Part shown: one piece after another, positions 18,698-27,209 of the stretch | How positions within the stretch are numbered: the first letter of the stretch is position 1 | How the letters are laid out: the number at the start of each line of letters is the position of its first letter | From: Methylophaga frappieri | GTDB lineage: Bacteria; Pseudomonadota; Gammaproteobacteria; Nitrosococcales; Methylophagaceae | Assembly (NCBI RefSeq): GCF_000260965.1 | Contig: NC_017856.1 | Coordinates: 1,200,001-1,232,000 of the forward strand | DNA: 32,000 bases | Direction: 5' to 3' | The notes under the pieces: generated by a model | The model's database searches: none | Told to the model about the DNA's origin: nothing | The model's input: only the letters and a program-made list of their open reading frames with translations | Position numbers and translations under genes: made by a program

Positions 18698-20043
18698 AAC
18701 GGCTTACAACATGGCGCCACCACCTGCAGCAAATTCTGTTTTATGGCTTGTTAATTAGTGCTATTACCTTGGCCGCAAAAATTACCATTGCGACTAATGC
18801 CAGCTATGACTGGACTCAAAATCAGCGCCATAGCTTATCTCAATCCACGATGACTCTGCTTGGCAATATTGACGCACCCATTACTATTCTGGTGTTTGTC
18901 AGTCCGAAGAATCAATTAGCTGAACCACTACAATTGTTGTTAACAAGATACCAACAATACGCCCCATCACTTACCGTTAACGTTATTGATCCTGTCAGCG
19001 CACCACAACAGGTAAAACAATGGCAAATTCAGCAGCAAGGCGAAACGATTTTGCAGCGTGGCGATCGGACCGAGCGTGTTCTGGATCTCTCTGAGCAGTC
19101 ATTAACGAATGCACTGCTACGATTGCATCGAGATAGCGCACCCAAGATCGTTTTTTTAACGGGACACGGCGAACGTCAACCTGACAGCAAAGCAAATTAT
19201 GGTTTGCAAGGCTGGGCACAAAACTTGGTAGAGCAAGGTTTTGCCATCCAGTCCCATCACTTAACACAGGGGCTCCCGCCGGATGACACCGACCTTTTGG
19301 TGATAGCTAGCCCAAGTCAACCCTGGCTATCCGGGGAGCTTGCTTTACTGAAAACCTATCTCAATCAAGGTGGCAACTTGCTTTGGCTTAATGAACCAGA
19401 TTCGGCAACCCACCTTTCTGAGCTGGCTGACGAGATTCAAGTGCAATGGCTACCAGGTACGCTGATAGATCCAAATACCAGCCTGTTGGGTCTAGATGAT
19501 CCCCGTTTTATGCTGATTAGTGAATTTGCCAACCATGAATTAACACATCAGTTACAACATATCCTGTTATTGCCGACCGCAGCGGCGTTACAGCTACCCC
19601 ATACAACTAATACTGAATGGCAACGCACGCCATTATTTTTCAGTCAACAAAAAAGCTGGTCAGAACTCGGTGATATGCGGGCTGATGAACTTAAATACAA
19701 TGAAGAATCAGATATCATGGGGCCACTGCCGGTCGCCGCTGCCCTCGCCCGATCCATAAAAAATATGGCGGCAAATCAGCGCATTGTGGTGGTTGGTGAT
19801 GGTGATTTTTTAAGTAATCAATATCTGGGCAACGCGGCAAATCAGGAATTTGGCAGTCATCTGATTAATTGGCTAACAGCACAGTCGGAACATTTGTCGA
19901 TTGCGATTAAAACCACGTCGGATCAGCAACTGAATTTGAATAATCTAGAAATACTGTTGATCGCGATTGGCTTTTTATTTGTGCTACCGACTTTTTTCAT
20001 TATCAGCGGTTTGCTGATATGGTGGCGACGGCGTCGACAATGA
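18694..20043 (+). CDS. GldG-like ABC-transporter auxiliary protein
   Basis: 449 aa with N- and C-terminal TM anchors flanking a large soluble domain. Motifs typical of the Gldg/ABC_transp_aux family: D.T.N.R.SLS..T...L, I.F..GHGE, DLLVIA.P, and GDGDF..N near the C-terminus. ATGA overlap with the permease. Confidence 0.75.
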   Translation: MKRLTTWRHHLQQILFYGLLISAITLAAKITIATNASYDWTQNQRHSLSQSTMTLLGNIDAPITILVFVSPKNQLAEPLQLLLTRYQQYAPSLTVNVIDPVSAPQQVKQWQIQQQGETILQRGDRTERVLDLSEQSLTNALLRLHRDSAPKIVFLTGHGERQPDSKANYGLQGWAQNLVEQGFAIQSHHLTQGLPPDDTDLLVIASPSQPWLSGELALLKTYLNQGGNLLWLNEPDSATHLSELADEIQVQWLPGTLIDPNTSLLGLDDPRFMLISEFANHELTHQLQHILLLPTAAALQLPHTTNTEWQRTPLFFSQQKSWSELGDMRADELKYNEESDIMGPLPVAAALARSIKNMAANQRIVVVGDGDFLSNQYLGNAANQEFGSHLINWLTAQSEHLSIAIKTTSDQQLNLNNLEILLIAIGFLFVLPTFFIISGLLIWWRRRRQ

Positions 20044-20915
20044 AACGGCGTTATCTGACTAATATTGTCTTACTGATAATCGTCATACTGCTGTTTTGGC
20101 AGTGGCGCTCATTATCACCTCAAGTTGCCTTGCCCGACGTGATCGCACCAGAAATTGACCCCGACGCAGTAAAACAAATCCGCATTGAACGTGCCGATAA
20201 GGCTGACGTCAACCTCACAAGATACGATGATCGATGGCAAATTGAAGCGCCATTTAACGCCCCGGCAAATGCCAATCGCATCAAATTTCTACTCAATATC
20301 GTCACAACCCCATTCAGTGCCAAGTTCAGCATACATAATCAGGATTTAGCAACGTTAGGCCTGACTGCGCCTTTTGTTCGCGTCAATTTAGATGGCGCCC
20401 TGTTTAGCTTCGGTGACGTTGAACCGCTTAGTGGCCAGCGGTATCTACAATATCAAGAGGACGTTTATGTGTTCAATGACACCATAAGCCCATTACTCAC
20501 CGCTAATGCTAACGGCTTAATTGAAAATCACTTACTGTTCGAAGAACCGACAATGACGGCCTTGAACTTGCCATTTCGTCAAAGCGACAGCCAGTTAGAT
20601 CAACAACGTCTGACAATCCAGGCATCTGATGGGACATGGCAATCTTCGACGGTTAGTGCCAGTGTAGCCAGCCAGCTTGGACAAGCTTGGCAAAATGCAT
20701 CTGCCATACAAGTTAACTTCATCGATACGACCTCTCTTGACGCATCTCAGCCAATACAGTTTCATTTTTCTGATAACACCAGCCTGGCTGCTTTTGCCCA
20801 CTTATCATCACAGGGATTACGTATTTTTATCCCAGAAAGACGACTACAATATTATTTTCCAAGCCGTGCAGCGCTTGCCTTATTTCCTGCGTTAGCGCCA
20901 ACCGAGTCTGACTGA
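20040..20915 (+). CDS. DUF4340-like membrane-anchored protein
   Basis: Single N-terminal TM segment (IVLLIIVILLFWQW), then a soluble region with the W.I..P....AN...I..LL pattern and a GL..P motif seen in DUF4340 proteins. These proteins habitually follow GldG-like genes. Start taken at the ATG at 20040 (ATGA overlap) rather than the track start at 20019. Confidence 0.65.
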   Translation: MKRRYLTNIVLLIIVILLFWQWRSLSPQVALPDVIAPEIDPDAVKQIRIERADKADVNLTRYDDRWQIEAPFNAPANANRIKFLLNIVTTPFSAKFSIHNQDLATLGLTAPFVRVNLDGALFSFGDVEPLSGQRYLQYQEDVYVFNDTISPLLTANANGLIENHLLFEEPTMTALNLPFRQSDSQLDQQRLTIQASDGTWQSSTVSASVASQLGQAWQNASAIQVNFIDTTSLDASQPIQFHFSDNTSLAAFAHLSSQGLRIFIPERRLQYYFPSRAALALFPALAPTESD

Positions 20916-21733
20916 TGCCAGAATTACCAGAAGTTGAAACTACCCGAGTTGGTATTGCCCCCCATATTGAGGGCCAAATCATTGAACGGGTTATTGTTCG
21001 GGATTATCGTTTGCGCTGGCCGATACCTGCAGATATAGAAAAAATATTGACTGGACAGCAGATCCTTCAGGTACAAAGGCGTGCAAAATACCTGTTATTC
21101 AAAACCCCGACTGGCACCTTGATCATGCATTTGGGTATGTCGGGCCGTATGCGTGTTGTAGATACGCCCGTCAAACCGGCGAAGCATGACCATGTGGATA
21201 TCACATTTCGTAATGGACTGACGCTACGTTTTACTGATCCACGTCGTTTTGGTGCCATGTTGTGGACAACGACGTCAACGGATTTACACCCATTAATTCA
21301 TCATTTAGGGCCAGAACCGCTCTCTGAAGACTTCACTGGTGACTCCCTGTACCAGCGCAGTCGAAAGCGCCAAGTGAGCATTAAAACCTTTATTATGAAC
21401 GCAGAAATTGTGGTCGGTGTCGGCAATATTTACGCAAGTGAAGCCTGCTTTTTGGCTCGCCTTCATCCTGAAATGAAAGCGGGAAAATTAACGCGTCCTC
21501 AAGCCGAGAGGCTGGCAACAGCAATTAAAACCGTGCTGGAAAAAGCCATTGCCGCTGGCGGCACCACCTTAAGAGACTTTCGAGACGCTGCCGGTAATCC
21601 AGGCTATTTTGCCCAGAAGCTTTTTGTCTATGCCCGCGCTAACCAGCCTTGCAGACACTGTGATCAAATCATTGTTCAGTGTCGTCAGGCCAACCGCGCC
21701 ACGTTTTTTTGTCCAGGCTGTCAAAAAGGCTAG
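20915..21733 (+). CDS. mutM: Formamidopyrimidine-DNA glycosylase
   Basis: MPELPEVETTR (catalytic N-terminal Pro), the H2TH region, and a C-terminal zinc finger C..C....V......R.T.FC..CQ. The start overlaps the preceding stop (TGATG). Confidence 0.95.
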   Translation: MPELPEVETTRVGIAPHIEGQIIERVIVRDYRLRWPIPADIEKILTGQQILQVQRRAKYLLFKTPTGTLIMHLGMSGRMRVVDTPVKPAKHDHVDITFRNGLTLRFTDPRRFGAMLWTTTSTDLHPLIHHLGPEPLSEDFTGDSLYQRSRKRQVSIKTFIMNAEIVVGVGNIYASEACFLARLHPEMKAGKLTRPQAERLATAIKTVLEKAIAAGGTTLRDFRDAAGNPGYFAQKLFVYARANQPCRHCDQIIVQCRQANRATFFCPGCQKG

Positions 21734-21761
21734 CCACGAAAATTGTGCGGGCTAAGCAAAA

Positions 21762-22043
21762 TTATTGTCTTGAAAAATAATCGGCAAGCAAACGTATTTC
21801 AACATCAGAAAGACCACTGGCATGCTGATGCATCACGGTCACGTTTATATCACCCTGCTTGAAGGCGCGCATTTGCCTGACAATATAGTCAATTTCAAGC
21901 CCAGCTAACCCTGGCATAAACTGACTTTGACTATGACCTTGCGTACCATGGCAGGCAGCACAACTGGATGCCAGCAAGGGAACCGCCGTGTTCGCAAACA
22001 CGGTAACGGGTAGAAAAAGTACTAATACCAGACCCAATTTCAT
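21762..22043 (-). CDS. Small periplasmic monoheme c-type cytochrome (class I)
   Basis: Signal peptide, a single CAACH heme motif and a distal Met (TVMHQH). The pattern C..CHG..G.S....P.LAG......V.QM.AFK.G....TVM......LSD.EI..LA.YF resembles the cytochrome subunit of flavocytochrome c / SoxE-like proteins. Confidence 0.85.
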   Translation of the reverse strand: MKLGLVLVLFLPVTVFANTAVPLLASSCAACHGTQGHSQSQFMPGLAGLEIDYIVRQMRAFKQGDINVTVMHQHASGLSDVEIRLLADYFSRQ

Positions 22044-22085
22044 GGTTGTTTTCCTGTTATTGCTCGGTAATAGCTGACGCTACGT

Positions 22086-22091
22086 TATAAT
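22086..22091 (+). promoter_or_regulatory. Candidate -10 box (TATAAT) for rluD
   Basis: Perfect TATAAT 27 nt upstream of the rluD ATG. No convincing -35 at 16-18 bp spacing. Sequence pattern only. Confidence 0.3.
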
Positions 22092-22118
22092 ACCAATTTT
22101 GTTCGCATCACATTTTCC

Positions 22119-23096
22119 ATGGCTGAAATAATCAAACTCGACACGATCATTCCTGATGCCTGTTCAGGCTTACGATTAGATCAAGCATTAGCGCAACTTT
22201 TCCCTGATTTTTCTCGTGGCCAGCTTAGCAAATGGATCAAATCCGGCGATGTCCTGTTAAATAACAGCCAGCCAAAACCACGCGATAAAGTTAACAGCGG
22301 CGACAGCGTTCTCATTGAGGCCGAGCTTGCCGTTCAGGATAACAACTGGCAAGCAGAACAAATCTCTCTGAATATCATTTATGAAGATGAGCAGGTGCTG
22401 ATTCTCAACAAGCCTGCAGGCATGGTGGTACATCCTGGGGCAGGCAACCAGGATGGTACGCTGGTCAATGCCTTACTTGCTCATGCGCCTGGTTTAACTC
22501 ACATCCCTCGTGCCGGTATCGTTCACCGCATTGATAAAAATACCACCGGCCTACTCATGGTCGCAAAAACATTACCTGCCCACAATAGCTTGATAAACCA
22601 ACTACAGGAACGCAGTGTCTTACGCGAATACCAGGCAATTATCACTGGCGTTCTCACGGCTGGCGGTACCGTGAATGAACCAATTGGCCGTCACCATATC
22701 GATCGAAAGCGGATGGCAGTAAGTGATAGTGGCAAACCGTCAATAACCCATTACCGCGTTGAAAAACGATTCCGCGCCCATACTCATATCCGTTGTAAAT
22801 TAGAAACGGGGCGTACCCACCAAATACGCGTACATATGGCACATATTCGCCATCCGTTGGTGGGCGACCCGGTGTATGGTGGCCGTTTCAAAATGCCAAA
22901 AGGACTTACCGACTCGGCACGCGATGCGCTAACTGGCTTTAGACGCCAAGCCCTTCATGCTGGCTTATTAGGTTTTATTCATCCTAAATCTGGTGAAATG
23001 GTCAGCTGGCAAGTCCCGATTCCAGATGATATGCAGACTTTAATAACTACTTTGGATAACGACAATCAAGCTTCTGAACAGGATCATCAACTTTAA
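22119..23096 (+). CDS. rluD: 23S rRNA pseudouridine synthase RluD (RluA family with N-terminal S4 domain)
   Basis: S4-like N-terminus (RLDQALAQLFPDFSRGQLSKWIKSGDVLLN). Catalytic motif HRIDKNTTGLLMVAK. Also TGRTHQIRVHMAHI.HPLVGD.VYG and LHA..L.F.HP. Confidence 0.92.
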   Translation: MAEIIKLDTIIPDACSGLRLDQALAQLFPDFSRGQLSKWIKSGDVLLNNSQPKPRDKVNSGDSVLIEAELAVQDNNWQAEQISLNIIYEDEQVLILNKPAGMVVHPGAGNQDGTLVNALLAHAPGLTHIPRAGIVHRIDKNTTGLLMVAKTLPAHNSLINQLQERSVLREYQAIITGVLTAGGTVNEPIGRHHIDRKRMAVSDSGKPSITHYRVEKRFRAHTHIRCKLETGRTHQIRVHMAHIRHPLVGDPVYGGRFKMPKGLTDSARDALTGFRRQALHAGLLGFIHPKSGEMVSWQVPIPDDMQTLITTLDNDNQASEQDHQL

Positions 23097-23116
23097 TTGA
23101 TCTTTTTCAACTGGTA

Positions 23117-23147
23117 TAAAAAAAGGGACGATGAACGTCCCTTTTTT
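23117..23147. terminator. Bidirectional rho-independent terminator between the convergent rluD and EF-G gene
   Basis: AAAAAAAA-GGGACG-ATGAA-CGTCCC-TTTTTT. The stem is flanked by an A-run and a T-run, so it works on both strands. Confidence 0.8.
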
Positions 23148-23164
23148 CTAGGCAAAAAACAGAC

Positions 23165-25258
23165 TTACTTTTTGGCAGCCGCTTCCCGCTCTTTTGTTTC
23201 CTTGATAACCTCATCTGCGACGTTACGTGGGCAAGGCAGATAGTGCAGGAATTCCATTGAGAACTGACCACGTCCTGAAGTCATGGTACGTAAGCTACCG
23301 ATGTAGCCAAACATTTCACTCAATGGGACTTCTGCTTTGATACGCACACCAGTAGCGCCCGCATCCTGTGACTTGATCATGCCACGACGACGATTCAAAT
23401 CACCAATAACGTCACCAACATTATCTTCCGGCGTAAAGACGTCAACTTTCATAATCGGCTCCAACAGCTGAGGACCCGCTTTTGGAATCGACTGGCGGAA
23501 ACCACCCATTGCAGCTAATTCGAAAGCAATTGCTGATGAGTCAACAGCGTGGAAAGCACCATCGAATAAGTTGATTTTAACGTCAAGCAGTGGGAATCCA
23601 GCCAACACACCGCGATTCATCATTTTCTTGAAGCCACCCTCAACCGCAGGCCAGAATTCACGTGGAACCGTACCACCAGTCACCGTTGATTCAAACTGGT
23701 AACCACTACCTGGCTCACCTGGCTCAACAATATAGTCGATACGACCAAATTGACCTGAACCACCAGATTGTTTCTTGTGCGTGTAGCTATCTTCGATACG
23801 TTGCGTGATGGTTTCACGGTAAGCAACTTGTGGCTCACCAACAATCACGTCAATGTTATGAGTACGCTTAAGAATGTCGACTTTGATATCAAGATGCAGC
23901 TCACCCATACCTTTCATGATGGTTTCGCCACTATCTTCATCGGTTTCAACACGGAAAGAAGGGTCTTCTTTAATCATCTTGCCTAAGGCAATACCCAATT
24001 TCTCGGCTGAGCCTTTATCTTTCGGTGCAATCGCAATCGAGATAACCGGATCAGGGAATACCATCGGCTCCAAGGTCGCCGGATCTTTTGGATCACATAG
24101 AGTATGACCAGTTTGCACATCTTTCATTCCCACAATCGCGATGATATCGCCAGCATGGGCATAATCGAGCTCATTACGATCATCCGCATGCATTTCCACC
24201 ATTCGGCCGACGCGTTCGGTTTTGCCCGTGAAGGTATTTAAAATGGTATCGCCTTTTTTCAACTCGCCCGAGTAAATACGTACGAAAGTCAAAGCGCCGA
24301 AACGGTCATCCATAATTTTGAATGCCAATGCCCGCAGTGGACCTTTGATATCCACTGTCGCCACTTTACCGGTTTCGTTACCTTCCAGATCCACTTCAGG
24401 TTGAGGATCAACTTGAGTTGGGTCTGGCAGATAATCAACCACCGCATCCAGCACCAATTGCAGGCCTTTGTTCTTGAATGAACTGCCGCAATAGGTTGGG
24501 AAAAATGCCAGATTCAGTGTGCCTTTACGGATACAGTGCTTCAATTCATCAACAGAAGGCTCTTCACCTTCCAGATATTTTTCCATCAAATCATCATCTT
24601 GTTCGACGGCGGTCTCAATCAGTTTTTCACGCCATTCTTCGATTTGATCCGCCATCTCTGCCGGTGGCTCTTCGATGCTGTAATTTTCAGGATCTTTCTC
24701 ATCTGGCCAATACCACGCTTTACGTGTCAGCAGGTCAACCACGCCTTTAAATTCATCTTCGATACCGATTGGCAGCACCATCACCAGTGGTGTGGCAGCC
24801 AGGACATCTTCGACCTGTTTGACTACACGATAAAAGTCCGCACCCATCCGATCCAGCTTATTGACATAAATCAGCCGAGAGACTTCTGAATCATTGGCAT
24901 AACGCCAGTTGGTTTCTGACTGGGGCTCAACACCACCACTGCCACAGAAAACACCAATGCCGCCATCCAGTACTTTCAAAGAACGATACACTTCAATCGT
25001 GAAATCAACGTGTCCCGGGGTGTCGATAACGTTCAGGCGGTGACCTTTCCAGGCACAAGTGGTCGCAGCAGACTGGATAGTGATCCCCCGCTCCGCTTCC
25101 TGCTCCATGAAGTCCATGGTGGATTCACCCTCATGCACTTCGCCAGTTTTATGAATTTTACCGGTCAGCTTGAGGATACGTTCAGTGGTAGTGGTCTTGC
25201 CGGCATCAACGTGCGCGAAAATACCGATGTTTCTGTACTTGGATAAATCGGAGGCCAT
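23165..25258 (-). CDS. fusA: Elongation factor G paralog (EF-G2 type)
   Basis: Full-length translational GTPase: [12 protein letters not shown] (G1), DTPGHVDF (G3), NKLD (G4) and EF-G domains II-V. The N-terminus [64 protein letters not shown] matches the 'EF-G 2' group of Vibrio/Shewanella as I recall it. Start set at the ATG at 25258; the track ORF extends 16 codons further. Confidence 0.93.
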   Translation of the reverse strand: MASDLSKYRNIGIFAHVDAGKTTTTERILKLTGKIHKTGEVHEGESTMDFMEQEAERGITIQSAATTCAWKGHRLNVIDTPGHVDFTIEVYRSLKVLDGGIGVFCGSGGVEPQSETNWRYANDSEVSRLIYVNKLDRMGADFYRVVKQVEDVLAATPLVMVLPIGIEDEFKGVVDLLTRKAWYWPDEKDPENYSIEEPPAEMADQIEEWREKLIETAVEQDDDLMEKYLEGEEPSVDELKHCIRKGTLNLAFFPTYCGSSFKNKGLQLVLDAVVDYLPDPTQVDPQPEVDLEGNETGKVATVDIKGPLRALAFKIMDDRFGALTFVRIYSGELKKGDTILNTFTGKTERVGRMVEMHADDRNELDYAHAGDIIAIVGMKDVQTGHTLCDPKDPATLEPMVFPDPVISIAIAPKDKGSAEKLGIALGKMIKEDPSFRVETDEDSGETIMKGMGELHLDIKVDILKRTHNIDVIVGEPQVAYRETITQRIEDSYTHKKQSGGSGQFGRIDYIVEPGEPGSGYQFESTVTGGTVPREFWPAVEGGFKKMMNRGVLAGFPLLDVKINLFDGAFHAVDSSAIAFELAAMGGFRQSIPKAGPQLLEPIMKVDVFTPEDNVGDVIGDLNRRRGMIKSQDAGATGVRIKAEVPLSEMFGYIGSLRTMTSGRGQFSMEFLHYLPCPRNVADEVIKETKEREAAAKK

Positions 25259-25454
25259 AATCCTATCGTCTCTTTGTATAAAATGAACCGATGCGCTTGG
25301 CATCAACTTGGCGTTAAACCCGCGAATTTTAAACTACTCTGTGCCGTCTTGCATCCCCCCCAATTACTTATCAGAGACAAAGACCACAAATAACGCCATT
25401 TCGGCGCAGTTAAAAATCCGAAATAAAAATAATGAATGGCAAAAGTTGACTAGG

Positions 25455-25760
25455 CTAGCGCACTTTCTTTTGCATCGGCAACCATTGATGACGATAGATA
25501 ACCCCCATCACTGAGAAGGTCAGGAACAGGCTCAGGGTGGTGACAAAAAACTCCCAGTCCTGTTGATAAACATTACCAGCGTACTGCATTTCATAGCCGA
25601 CACCGGCAAGCAACGCGACAAAGTAATACACCAGCGTTTCCAGTAATCGCCACCACGCACTTTTTTTACCTGATGCAAATTTCACCATTAAAAAAAGGCG
25701 CTCATTAACCCAAGGCAGGTTTGCCAACACTAAATACGTTAAAACCAACAACCAGATCAT
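25455..25760 (-). CDS. Small membrane protein, DUF2818-like, downstream of nuoN
   Basis: 101 aa with about 3 hydrophobic segments (LANLPW.NERLF; WR.LE; QDWEFF.TTLSLF). The start is 6 nt after the nuoN stop. A small membrane protein of this type often trails nuoN in beta- and some gammaproteobacteria. Family assignment is from memory. Confidence 0.55.
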   Translation of the reverse strand: MIWLLVLTYLVLANLPWVNERLFLMVKFASGKKSAWWRLLETLVYYFVALLAGVGYEMQYAGNVYQQDWEFFVTTLSLFLTFSVMGVIYRHQWLPMQKKVR

Positions 25761-25766
25761 GTTTTC

Positions 25767-27200
25767 TCACACAAAAATTGAATTGCAAAGGCTAATCAAC
25801 CAGCCTGGAAACAGCCCAAGACCAAGAACGAATAAGCCGTTAGCACTGAGTAAAACCGAAGTACCCGTAGGTCTCACCACTGTCAGTTCATTTAACGGCT
25901 TATCAAAATACATCACTTTAATCATCCGCAGATAATAAAAGGCGCCGACGACCGACATTAATACCGCAAAGATAGCCACCGTCAGTAAGTTCACATCGAT
26001 GACAGATTTAATCACCGTTAACTTGGCATAAAAACCAGCTAAAGGGGGAATACCAGCCATTGAAAACATCAATAACAACATCATCAATGCCAGCCAGGGA
26101 CGCTGGCTTGCCAGGCCACTGTAATCGCTGATTTGTTCTGCCTCAAAGCCTTGGCGGCTCATTAACAAAATCATGCCAAAACCGCCCGCGGTCATTAAGG
26201 CGTATATTAAAGCGTAAAACAAACCTGCGGCGTAGCCTTCCGCTGTCCCAGAAACAATTCCTAAAAATAAAAAACCGACATGCGAAATCGTGGAGTAGGC
26301 TAGCATACGCTTCAAATTGGTCTGTGCGATAGCCAATAAATTGCCGACCAGCATCGATAGCACCGCCAACAAAATAATCATATCCTGCCACTGGGCATGC
26401 AGACTGCCGAGCCCATCCACTAGTAACCGGATCAATAACGCAAATGCGGCCAGCTTAGGTGCTGTTGCCAAAAACAAAGTCATAGCAGTCGGGGCGCCAT
26501 GATAAACATCTGGCAACCACATGTGAAACGGAACCGCACCAAATTTAAAACCAATTCCGATAATGATGAACACCAATGCAAAACTGAGTACCGTCAGCTC
26601 TGCTGATGACGCACTGACCGCTATGGCGATCTCTGACAGGACTAAGGATCCGGTCACGCCATAAATCATGGACATGCCATAAAGCAACATACCGGAAGCT
26701 AAGGCACCGAGAATAAAGTACTTCATCGCCGCTTCAGTAGCGATGCTTGACTCCCGGTGCATTGCCACCATCGCGTACAAACAAAGCGACATTAACTCCA
26801 GTCCTAAATACAAAGTCAGCATGGTATGACCTGACACCATCACCAGCATGCCCAATGTCGAAAATAAAGCCAGAACGTAAAACTCACCGCTACGCAAGTT
26901 GCGGTCTTGCAAATAGCCTCGGCAATAAGCCAGAACGGGCATATTTATCAAAGTAATAGCCAGTTTTAACAGGTCACTCAGTGGGTCTTTAATATAGTTG
27001 CCAGAAAACGACAGTCCCGTCTGCCCCAAATCTAGGTAAACTAGTACAGCGGTTGACAGCAAGGTCAATTGCGATAAACCAGAAACCAAGTTAATACGCT
27101 TGTTACCGCCGTATGCCACAACCAGAAGCACAACACACGCCATCGACAACAGCCAGATTTCCGGCAAGGCAAATGACATGTTAGCAACCTGAAATGGCAT
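25767..27200 (-). CDS. nuoN: NADH-quinone oxidoreductase subunit N
   Basis: 477 aa polytopic antiporter-like subunit (KYFILGALASG.LLYG.S..YG, FKFGAVPFHMW.PDVY.GAP, LAYSTISH.GF). AAGGA Shine-Dalgarno lies 6 nt before the ATG at 27200. Confidence 0.95.
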   Translation of the reverse strand: MPFQVANMSFALPEIWLLSMACVVLLVVAYGGNKRINLVSGLSQLTLLSTAVLVYLDLGQTGLSFSGNYIKDPLSDLLKLAITLINMPVLAYCRGYLQDRNLRSGEFYVLALFSTLGMLVMVSGHTMLTLYLGLELMSLCLYAMVAMHRESSIATEAAMKYFILGALASGMLLYGMSMIYGVTGSLVLSEIAIAVSASSAELTVLSFALVFIIIGIGFKFGAVPFHMWLPDVYHGAPTAMTLFLATAPKLAAFALLIRLLVDGLGSLHAQWQDMIILLAVLSMLVGNLLAIAQTNLKRMLAYSTISHVGFLFLGIVSGTAEGYAAGLFYALIYALMTAGGFGMILLMSRQGFEAEQISDYSGLASQRPWLALMMLLLMFSMAGIPPLAGFYAKLTVIKSVIDVNLLTVAIFAVLMSVVGAFYYLRMIKVMYFDKPLNELTVVRPTGTSVLLSANGLFVLGLGLFPGWLISLCNSIFV

Positions 27201-27209
27201 CTTTATTCC

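Noticed and set aside
25355-25361. A C7/G7 homopolymer in the EF-G2 upstream region, considered as a phase-variation tract.
   Set aside because: It is non-coding, short, and not positioned between recognisable -35/-10 elements. It is noted only as context for the homopolymer frameshifts.
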